Below the pieces are notes generated by a model. That model worked only from the letters and a program-made list of their open reading frames with translations, was not told where the DNA came from and did no database searches. From NCBI GenBank assembly GCA_000442015.1, contig KE561209.1, positions 493,607 to 557,606 on the forward strand: a DNA stretch of 64,000 bases. Direction: 5' to 3'. This document shows positions 53,391 through 64,000 of this stretch, piece after piece; the first letter of the stretch is position 1; the number at the start of each line of letters is the position of its first letter. The stretch is from Rozella allomycis CSF55 (lineage: Eukaryota). The position numbers were made by a program, and so were the translations under genes.

Positions 53391-55375
53391 TTATTCTTTC
53401 GTGTTTCCTTGTTGCATGTTTTGAATATATTCCATAAATTCCTGCTCTGCCTGCTGAATAGCTTCAAGAATAGAATTTCCTTTCAGAAAATCATTGGGAT
53501 TCGCTGATTGCGGCTTTTTCTGAGCAGCCTTAAGCCTTTTGTCTCGAGCTGCTGTCTCTAAAGTTTTTTCTCTTTTCGTTTCACGTTCAAGCATCTAATA
53601 TTGAAGATGTTTATTCAATTACCTGTGAAAATATATTCTTCTCATCTCTTTGGATTTTTGAAAGTCCGGATGATATTTCTAATAAAGAAGTGGTACCATC
53701 TCGTGAACCAACAGCAATCATGCTCCCTCGATCTTGAATCCTTATACATTGAATGGGCGAATCACAAACCTATAAAGTCGGTATTTTCAAAGTACTTGAA
53801 TGGAAAGGGTAGGTTCAGTTTGTTTGAAAAGATAATCCCACACGTCTACTGTACCATCGTCTTTTGATGTGAAGAATACAGCAGGCCTTGTAGGAGACCA
53901 GCATCCATCTGTTAAATTATATGAGTGATAATTGGTAGACATTATTGGAGATCGAATATCTTCAGTCCAGATCTAAACTTTTTGGGGCATATTTCGCTTA
54001 CCTTAGCAGACCAATCGCCAACAGTTAAAAAGTTTCTAACAAAAAAGGGATTTCTCTTCAATTCAAAAGTCCCTTAAAAATTACCTGTAGCGCTGTAATA
54101 GGACTGTGATGACCCGGGAATGTATGCATAATCCTTTCATTCGGGTTTTTGGCCTTTCTATTGCACATGTACACAGAGCCATTCTCTGCACCAACCATAA
54201 ATTTAGTTGGCTTTTATCAATATTTTAAATTGCTTACCATTGTAGTTTCAAAATCTAGAATAGTTCCACCGACGGCAATCCCGTTCTTTTCAGGATCAAC
54301 AATCATTGCTTCAGTTGGTTCGGATAGCTTTCGAATATCCCACCAAAGAACTTGTCCATCTGTAGAAGAAGAAAAAAATTCCGCCCCTTTATTGATAAAT
54401 TTATCAGCCTTCTACCCGTTTTTGATTGGATCCACGTCACACAATATACTGGATCGCGATGACTTTTTTCTATCAGTGAAGAATCCACGGGGTATGAGCC
54501 TTTCCTTGTATCCCAAAAGGCTATTTATGAAATAAGCATAAGGTTACCTACAACTCCAGAATGTAGACCTCCAACAAGAATGTGCGGATCTTTAGGATTA
54601 TATTTGAGCGACACTACTGCAGATTCAGATAATAAAGTTTGATCAGGTGAATTTGGATTCTCGATATCCCATATATATGACTCTGTAGGCATGTCATTTG
54701 GTTGTCCTTGAAAGTCCACACATGAATAAGCGGTGGCTAGTTTGTTGCCATCTTCAGGATACCAAGACAAACACGTAGTAGACCTCTTAACTTTACTTGG
54801 ATCCCTATTTAAACCATTTTTAGTTGATACCGAAATACATTAAGTATTTTCGCTTGAGGCTTCTCCAGCGTCCAATCTTCTTCTTTCTCGACAAAATATT
54901 CTTCATAAATATCAATAGCATTGTTTTGTTTTATACACTCTTCAACAATCTATTGCTTAAATAGTAACAAATATTACCTAGTTTTGATTGAAGAATAGAA
55001 TTACATCACCTAAACTAACCACTGATCTCAAAAATTCTTCATCTTTTTCCACCTTTTTACGATATCTAATGGTATGCTCTGCATCGCTGGAATCCACATC
55101 TTTTGGCCATCCACCTTCTCGGTGCAATATACCGCGATTCGCTACTGCGTAAGACTCTGTATTGACCTTTGACATTAAAGGCATATTATTACATCATGTT
55201 CTGACATTTCCTGTGCACATTGAACTTCATGGTGGAGCGGATTTTTTATAGAATAGTTTGATAAATATGAATGATCAGGTGGGTAATCGTATAGTAAATT
55301 TGGTTCTGTCAAAGAAAAGTTAATTTGTCTCCCGAATTGACGCCTCTGTTTTTGATAAACGTACACAACTTCCAT
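53391..55375 (-). CDS. DNAI2: Axonemal dynein intermediate chain 2
   Basis: [63 protein letters not shown]. Confidence 0.93.
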
Positions 55376-55492
55376 GATTGCGTGAAATTCTAATAAACAA
55401 ACCCCGGTGTATTAAAATTACAAAATTGTTTACAGCATTGTAAATATTAGAGATTAATCATATTTAAATATAATTTATTAATGGGTTATGCA

Positions 55493-56953
55493 TTATATTT
55501 GGCCCTTAATGTCTACAATTGAAAACTCGCTAAATTTGCTCATCAGTGAAGGTAATGAACTTTTCGTATCCAATAGCTTGTAATTTTCTACTAAAATAAG
55601 ATCTAACTCTTGCAAAAACTTTAGACATTCTGAAGTGGACTCGAATGCCAATACTTTACATATGTAGCTCACGTCTATATTCGGTCGATATCTGGATGTA
55701 AAAATAACTATATAATTACGCTTTGCAGATACTAACCATTGCCTTGAACCTTTCTCTAGGCATAAAGTGATCCATTAGGTAAACACCCATATTTGGCGCC
55801 TCGTTGTACAATTGTGATAGAGAGTAATAATCGCTAATAGATATAGCTGATTTTACTTTGAGAGCGTGACTAACAGCTAAATTTTCTTTTTGAACTGGTT
55901 TTAGTTCTGCCACCAATGCGTTTATCTCTAACTTTCAAAATTGGCGCCAAATTTACCTCGCCTATTTTTTGTGTGCAGAAGATAAAGCAATCGATACGCG
56001 AGGAATTCCATGTCGTTTCCTTTGATTGAATGGATATTGTAAAGCTGTTTTAGCTGCGTTTGGCATTGGTTGTATTCACCAAGGTCTCCTTTCTCCAAAG
56101 CTATTCTCGCATGAATTTCGTAAACTTGGACAGTAAATTCGTTTTTGATTCGCTGCACCGTTAAATCTTGCCGTAGAGATTTAAACTGATCACAAATGTA
56201 CCCATAGTCACATTCTTCCCGCCATTTCTTTTTCAGAAACGCCAACGATTTCTTTAGAACGGCTAAAGGCCTGACTGTAGACGGATCGGGTGCCTTTCTA
56301 TTGTGTATTTGAGATTTACTGACGTTAACCGAAGGTATTTCTTTTCCAAATCTTGACTTGTGCCGACGATCGTGTAAATATCCCAATCAATGACTTCGTT
56401 CATCTTTTTTAATTTGACTAGAGTATTCTACTTGTTCTTTAACAGGAGCTATTCTCGAATTCCGTATTCTCATTTCATCCAATCTTTCTTGTTCGTCTTT
56501 CTGAAATCGTTTTGCCCTTTCCGCCTTTCTTTGTTCCTCTTCGTTTTGTTTTACACTAAAAGTTAAATTAAATGAATTATCTGAAAAACTCTATTAAAAG
56601 GATTTTAGATTTACTTTTTCCTTTTCTTTAGCATGTCTTGCATGGAATTAGTTTTGTTTTCCACATTTTCTATTTGATTCTTTGCTTTATTTTTATTCTT
56701 CTTTTTCTTTTTGCTTTCGTTTCGCTCTGGATATTGTCCAACATTTGGTATAGGAAAAATAGTCCAGTCCTTTAAATGTAATTCGCCGGATTTCGTTGCG
56801 TCTCCAATAATTTTCTTTAATACTTTTTCCATTTCGTCTTTTTGTTGATTAACTTTGCAGGATTCGAAGCATCTTTCCACAAATAGTCTAAAATAAAATT
56901 TGAAAGACCTCCTACTTTAAAGTGGGCGGAAATTTGGACCCAGCATTTGACTC
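55493..56953 (-). CDS. THP3: Thp3/LENG8, 5'-truncated duplicate copy
   Basis: Same sequence as 61193-62653, cut at the N. Confidence 0.8.
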
Positions 56954-57860
56954 NAAATCATAGGGATATATCTCTTTCACTAAACCGAATAGAAAAATTA
57001 CTACAACAGGATCGATCTCTTTGGAAGTTGGATGAAATTAAGAACCAGTTGAAGACAGTAGAATTAGATATTAATGAGCTATCAGATACAATTAATATCC
57101 TTTTTGTCTGGAAAATATCTTTGATTTGAGGTTTTTCTTAACTTATCAACGGGTAGTAGAATCGAACCCCTCAAAGTTTAACATCTTGAAAACAGAAATA
57201 GAGAAAAGAAAAAAGTTGGTCCAACAAACTCTAGAGAAAATTGCAGTAAGCTCCAATATTAGTATTCATTTGAAACATAGGCAGCTGATTATGATCATAC
57301 CACCTAGCAATGCCCCATCATTGATGAGTCCGAGTGTCAGGCAGTCGCCTACTACTTTTACAAAAGATTATAGATCGGTATAATTTACACTATATCTTCT
57401 TTAGGCATTATTAAACACTAATGTACCCAAGGATCCTCTACTTAACTCTCCAACAATAAATTCGGCAGACTTCATTCAAACTCAACAACAGCAACAGCAG
57501 GTAATATGAATTACATAGACATAACAGGAAATATTAGCAAGACAAGATGACCAACTTGATGTAGTTCTCGGAGCTATTTCAACAATAAAGGATCAAGGCT
57601 ACACGATTCATACTGAATTGTCTGATCAGCAAGGGTATGCAAACACGAAATAATCAACAGGCTATTAAACAAATTAGATATTCAAGTAGACTCAACTCAA
57701 GGTAGATTGAACACGGCTATGAATCGATTGGGAAAAATATACAATGACACAACTGGTAAGTATATGTGGAACCTTTAATGAGAAAAACATTCCACTTTTT
57801 GTATTATAATTTTAATATTTATCCTGATAGCTTTGCTCTTAGCTATTATATATATTTAGT

Positions 57861-59024
57861 TTATTTATTGTTTAATAAATTCAATCGATAATGAGACAAA
57901 CGGAGGAAGTCTTGATCTCTTATTGGGTCTGCTATCTCTGACACTTTTTCATATATATCTTTTGCAGTTTTAAGCATACCAGCATGCTAAAATAGACTTT
58001 GTAACCACATTACCTCTTCAATCATAGCCAAGTTGCACAGCACTAGCGGTTTCATTCGATCATTAGCTGCTGAGTACGCCCTTTGGCCTAAAATGCGGGC
58101 CTCTCTGAACTTTCCTAGATATGAATATGTGGCAGCCGCATTATTGTATAGTATGGGGAGTCGTGGATGATGAGGGTCTTCTTGAAGTAAAAATTCTACA
58201 GCCTTTCTATAAACACCCTAATTTTAACAAAAATCAAATTGTACCAAAGCTAAAGCATAATCGCCTTTATCTAACCAAAGTTCGCCTGCACATTCCATGA
58301 TGGCAGCCAATTGGAGCTTTTTACTGTCTGGGATCTTTAGAATGGAATATTTTTCATCCCTTCGCTTGATCTTTCTCTTGAATCTTTCCAATGTCTTTTT
58401 AGGCCACGGAAAGCTTTCTTCGTCTGGTAGTTCTAGGAGTGTCAACATTGCGTTGTTGAAACTTTCTTCGGCCTTTCCAATTTGGCGAGACGATTTATAT
58501 ACTTGACCCATCCGTTGATGAATAGCGGCTTTTTCACGCACCAGATTTTCATAATTATCATTTCTTTGATCTATCATTTTTAGGACATTTTGATAACACG
58601 ATAAAGCCTTTTCTTCATCTTTCAGTAAATATTGATAGACTTGGGCTAAATTGAGATCTATTTTTTCAGTTAGCATCTAGAAACAACATGGCTCACTTTT
58701 TACATGATTGTCGCCTTTAATTCTACTACAGAGATCTCTGGCGTGTAATAGATATTTTTCTATTTCAGAGGCATCCTTTTCATCACTATATAATGCTTTA
58801 AGCAAAGGTATCCGGACGCTAGGGGGATATTCCCAAACCAATTGGTATTGTCTATAATACATGAATGCACCCAGAGCAGATGATAAAAGCAATATATGAA
58901 AAAGTTTTCTGTAAGCGGGCTTAGAATAATTCAAAAGATTTACAGTCGTATTGTATTTACGATGGTGGTTTAATTTGTAGTATAATGGCGACAATTTCAT
59001 TACCCGGAATTGAGGGCCTGGCAT
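57861..59024 (-). CDS. TM + TPR protein, duplicate copy
   Basis: Same as 52161-53324. Confidence 0.55.
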
Positions 59025-59090
59025 TATTGAAATTTCCAAAAGGTAAATAATTCCCTTTTTAGATCCCAAAAAAGGATTAAACAAGTCAAT

Positions 59091-61075
59091 TTATTCTTTC
59101 GTGTTTCCTTGTTGCATGTTTTGAATATATTCCATAAATTCCTGCTCTGCCTGCTGAATAGCTTCAAGAATAGAATTTCCTTTCAGAAAATCATTGGGAT
59201 TCGCTGATTGCGGCTTTTTCTGAGCAGCCTTAAGCCTTTTGTCTCGAGCTGCTGTCTCTAAAGTTTTTTCTCTTTTCGTTTCACGTTCAAGCATCTAATA
59301 TTGAAGATGTTTATTCAATTACCTGTGAAAATATATTCTTCTCATCTCTTTGGATTTTTGAAAGTCCGGATGATATTTCTAATAAAGAAGTGGTACCATC
59401 TCGTGAACCAACAGCAATCATGCTCCCTCGATCTTGAATCCTTATACATTGAATGGGCGAATCACAAACCTATAAAGTCGGTATTTTCAAAGTACTTGAA
59501 TGGAAAGGGTAGGTTCAGTTTGTTTGAAAAGATAATCCCACACGTCTACTGTACCATCGTCTTTTGATGTGAAGAATACAGCAGGCCTTGTAGGAGACCA
59601 GCATCCATCTGTTAAATTATATGAGTGATAATTGGTAGACATTATTGGAGATCGAATATCTTCAGTCCAGATCTAAACTTTTTGGGGCATATTTCGCTTA
59701 CCTTAGCAGACCAATCGCCAACAGTTAAAAAGTTTCTAACAAAAAAGGGATTTCTCTTCAATTCAAAAGTCCCTTAAAAATTACCTGTAGCGCTGTAATA
59801 GGACTGTGATGACCCGGGAATGTATGCATAATCCTTTCATTCGGGTTTTTGGCCTTTCTATTGCACATGTACACAGAGCCATTCTCTGCACCAACCATAA
59901 ATTTAGTTGGCTTTTATCAATATTTTAAATTGCTTACCATTGTAGTTTCAAAATCTAGAATAGTTCCACCGACGGCAATCCCGTTCTTTTCAGGATCAAC
60001 AATCATTGCTTCAGTTGGTTCGGATAGCTTTCGAATATCCCACCAAAGAACTTGTCCATCTGTAGAAGAAGAAAAAAATTCCGCCCCTTTATTGATAAAT
60101 TTATCAGCCTTCTACCCGTTTTTGATTGGATCCACGTCACACAATATACTGGATCGCGATGACTTTTTTCTATCAGTGAAGAATCCACGGGGTATGAGCC
60201 TTTCCTTGTATCCCAAAAGGCTATTTATGAAATAAGCATAAGGTTACCTACAACTCCAGAATGTAGACCTCCAACAAGAATGTGCGGATCTTTAGGATTA
60301 TATTTGAGCGACACTACTGCAGATTCAGATAATAAAGTTTGATCAGGTGAATTTGGATTCTCGATATCCCATATATATGACTCTGTAGGCATGTCATTTG
60401 GTTGTCCTTGAAAGTCCACACATGAATAAGCGGTGGCTAGTTTGTTGCCATCTTCAGGATACCAAGACAAACACGTAGTAGACCTCTTAACTTTACTTGG
60501 ATCCCTATTTAAACCATTTTTAGTTGATACCGAAATACATTAAGTATTTTCGCTTGAGGCTTCTCCAGCGTCCAATCTTCTTCTTTCTCGACAAAATATT
60601 CTTCATAAATATCAATAGCATTGTTTTGTTTTATACACTCTTCAACAATCTATTGCTTAAATAGTAACAAATATTACCTAGTTTTGATTGAAGAATAGAA
60701 TTACATCACCTAAACTAACCACTGATCTCAAAAATTCTTCATCTTTTTCCACCTTTTTACGATATCTAATGGTATGCTCTGCATCGCTGGAATCCACATC
60801 TTTTGGCCATCCACCTTCTCGGTGCAATATACCGCGATTCGCTACTGCGTAAGACTCTGTATTGACCTTTGACATTAAAGGCATATTATTACATCATGTT
60901 CTGACATTTCCTGTGCACATTGAACTTCATGGTGGAGCGGATTTTTTATAGAATAGTTTGATAAATATGAATGATCAGGTGGGTAATCGTATAGTAAATT
61001 TGGTTCTGTCAAAGAAAAGTTAATTTGTCTCCCGAATTGACGCCTCTGTTTTTGATAAACGTACACAACTTCCAT
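59091..61075 (-). CDS. DNAI2: Axonemal dynein intermediate chain 2, duplicate copy
   Basis: Same as 53391-55375. Confidence 0.85.
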
Positions 61076-61192
61076 GATTGCGTGAAATTCTAATAAACAA
61101 ACCCCGGTGTATTAAAATTACAAAATTGTTTACAGCATTGTAAATATTAGAGATTAATCATATTTAAATATAATTTATTAATGGGTTATGCA

Positions 61193-62876
61193 TTATATTT
61201 GGCCCTTAATGTCTACAATTGAAAACTCGCTAAATTTGCTCATCAGTGAAGGTAATGAACTTTTCGTATCCAATAGCTTGTAATTTTCTACTAAAATAAG
61301 ATCTAACTCTTGCAAAAACTTTAGACATTCTGAAGTGGACTCGAATGCCAATACTTTACATATGTAGCTCACGTCTATATTCGGTCGATATCTGGATGTA
61401 AAAATAACTATATAATTACGCTTTGCAGATACTAACCATTGCCTTGAACCTTTCTCTAGGCATAAAGTGATCCATTAGGTAAACACCCATATTTGGCGCC
61501 TCGTTGTACAATTGTGATAGAGAGTAATAATCGCTAATAGATATAGCTGATTTTACTTTGAGAGCGTGACTAACAGCTAAATTTTCTTTTTGAACTGGTT
61601 TTAGTTCTGCCACCAATGCGTTTATCTCTAACTTTCAAAATTGGCGCCAAATTTACCTCGCCTATTTTTTGTGTGCAGAAGATAAAGCAATCGATACGCG
61701 AGGAATTCCATGTCGTTTCCTTTGATTGAATGGATATTGTAAAGCTGTTTTAGCTGCGTTTGGCATTGGTTGTATTCACCAAGGTCTCCTTTCTCCAAAG
61801 CTATTCTCGCATGAATTTCGTAAACTTGGACAGTAAATTCGTTTTTGATTCGCTGCACCGTTAAATCTTGCCGTAGAGATTTAAACTGATCACAAATGTA
61901 CCCATAGTCACATTCTTCCCGCCATTTCTTTTTCAGAAACGCCAACGATTTCTTTAGAACGGCTAAAGGCCTGACTGTAGACGGATCGGGTGCCTTTCTA
62001 TTGTGTATTTGAGATTTACTGACGTTAACCGAAGGTATTTCTTTTCCAAATCTTGACTTGTGCCGACGATCGTGTAAATATCCCAATCAATGACTTCGTT
62101 CATCTTTTTTAATTTGACTAGAGTATTCTACTTGTTCTTTAACAGGAGCTATTCTCGAATTCCGTATTCTCATTTCATCCAATCTTTCTTGTTCGTCTTT
62201 CTGAAATCGTTTTGCCCTTTCCGCCTTTCTTTGTTCCTCTTCGTTTTGTTTTACACTAAAAGTTAAATTAAATGAATTATCTGAAAAACTCTATTAAAAG
62301 GATTTTAGATTTACTTTTTCCTTTTCTTTAGCATGTCTTGCATGGAATTAGTTTTGTTTTCCACATTTTCTATTTGATTCTTTGCTTTATTTTTATTCTT
62401 CTTTTTCTTTTTGCTTTCGTTTCGCTCTGGATATTGTCCAACATTTGGTATAGGAAAAATAGTCCAGTCCTTTAAATGTAATTCGCCGGATTTCGTTGCG
62501 TCTCCAATAATTTTCTTTAATACTTTTTCCATTTCGTCTTTTTGTTGATTAACTTTGCAGGATTCGAAGCATCTTTCCACAAATAGTCTAAAATAAAATT
62601 TGAAAGACCTCCTACTTTAAAGTGGGCGGAAATTTGGACCCAGCATTTGACTCTTTCGAAGCGCTTTTTCCACTATTTTTTTAAATATACACCGCATTAC
62701 GGTTTTGTAGCTTCTGAGTATGATTTACCAGCGGGTGCAGATTTTGATGAAATCAGGCCATTATTATGCCCTGGAGTTGGTATCGGCGCAGGAATATTGT
62801 AATTTGATGTTATTGTATTAGGCCTGACAGCTTTTGGAAGCGGTGGTGGTGCATAACTATACTGAAACGGTTTCAT
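61193..62876 (-). CDS. THP3: SAC3/GANP-domain protein Thp3/LENG8, complete copy
   Basis: [74 protein letters not shown]. Confidence 0.92.
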
Positions 62877-63159
62877 CACTTTCAGTCGGAAATTTCAAGC
62901 TATTTTACATAAATCTTTAAAAAAAGATGTCGCTTTTTTATTATATTTGAAACAATCTTATTTTATTTATAAATAGAACTTCATATTAATTTATACATTA
63001 ATATATGACCTATGATTGCACTGACTAAAGGTAACAAAGAAAATGCCGGCAAAATCTGACATAAAGATTAAAAACATTCATTAAAAGTCATATTTATTTA
63101 ATTATAGTGAAATCGCATCTTGCTTTAAACCGCAACCAATTTTTTGTGAAATTCTAAAA

Positions 63160-64000
63160 ATGCTTAGGGGTCAGGATGCGTTCTCTTTACTGAATTCCCT
63201 CAAAAAGCTCGAATATTTTTCACAGGACACTGATATATATAAAAATAATGTTCCGAATCTCCTTGAAGACGCCATCGTGAACAAAAAACCAGAGAGTCCT
63301 AGACTTGACAAAGATAGACATCTCTTTAATTTAGAACTAAAATATGAGTCTCTTTTAAATAGGAACGCGGAGCTAGAAAAATTGATTCAAATAATGAATG
63401 AATCTCAACAGCAAAAACAACAGGAATATGTTAAATTGCAAAGTGAATGCAAAATACTGAAATCAGAAAAGGAGAAATTAATTTCAAAGGAGGGACAAAC
63501 TGAAAATACCTTAAACCAACTAAAAGTAAGCAACATTCGATATTTCAAGCTAGGACGATTTAAAAAAAGCAAAACTTGAAATAGAACGCCATAAAGAAGA
63601 AAATTCAGATCTAAAGAAACTACTAATGTACTTTTAATTATTAATTATTTGTAGAAATGAAGAACTAGCACATGAAAAACTCAGAATACACTTGGAGGAG
63701 TTAGATTTATACAAAAAGAGATGTGAAGAACTCTTTAGAGAAAATTATGAATTAAAAATAAAGTTTGACAAACTTAATCGTTCCAGGTCTTCCAATGAAT
63801 ACGGAAAACACTTAAAGCTTCAACCTGAACCGACAACATTGGACCAGAGAGTAAAAAGCCAAACTGTTTCTACAAATGAAAATAAAGAAAATAATAATAT
63901 GGAAACAGAAAGTGATTCAAGCAAAAAGCAAGTAAAGGCAAAAACCTATGACTTGTCGGACATTCCATTGACTGAAATTAAGGAACAGCTAAAGGAGACA
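63160..64000 (+). CDS. Coiled-coil protein, 3'-partial
   Basis: E/K/L-rich ORFs joined in frame by two GT-AG mini-introns. Confidence 0.6.

Larger units (their letters stand above)
56955..62653. repeat. 5.7 kb tandem duplicate of 51255-56953 (partial STX6, TPR gene, DNAI2, THP3)
   Basis: Offset exactly 5700; ORF track identical; junction is one N at 56954. Confidence 0.97.

Overview
Eukaryotic DNA, AT-rich and very gene-dense. About 35 spliced protein genes carry many tiny GT-starting introns, mostly 26-31 nt, and intergenic gaps are often under 70 bp. Fungal-like housekeeping genes occur together with flagellar and centriolar genes (DNAI2, CEP78), which suggests a zoosporic early-diverging fungal relative such as Rozella (Cryptomycota); this is an inference. 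The 10.7-18.2 kb block is an N-joined patchwork of a truncated Ty1/copia element, a MULE remnant and other repeats that interrupts one gene. 51255-56953 is repeated, apparently identically, at 56955-62653 across an N, probably an assembly artefact. The most interesting signal is the splicing system, read by hand: (1) at least seven mini-introns restore their reading frame only if they end in TG or GG instead of AG, always at 26-28 nt, suggesting length-defined 3' splice sites; (2) a 55-nt DNAI2 intron consists of two tandem mini-introns around a zero-length exon; (3) syntaxin-6 has a textbook U12 AT-AC intron; (4) an unexplained ~85-nt structured element with an Sm-like site lies next to the U2A' gene. 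All gene models are manual and no database search was run.
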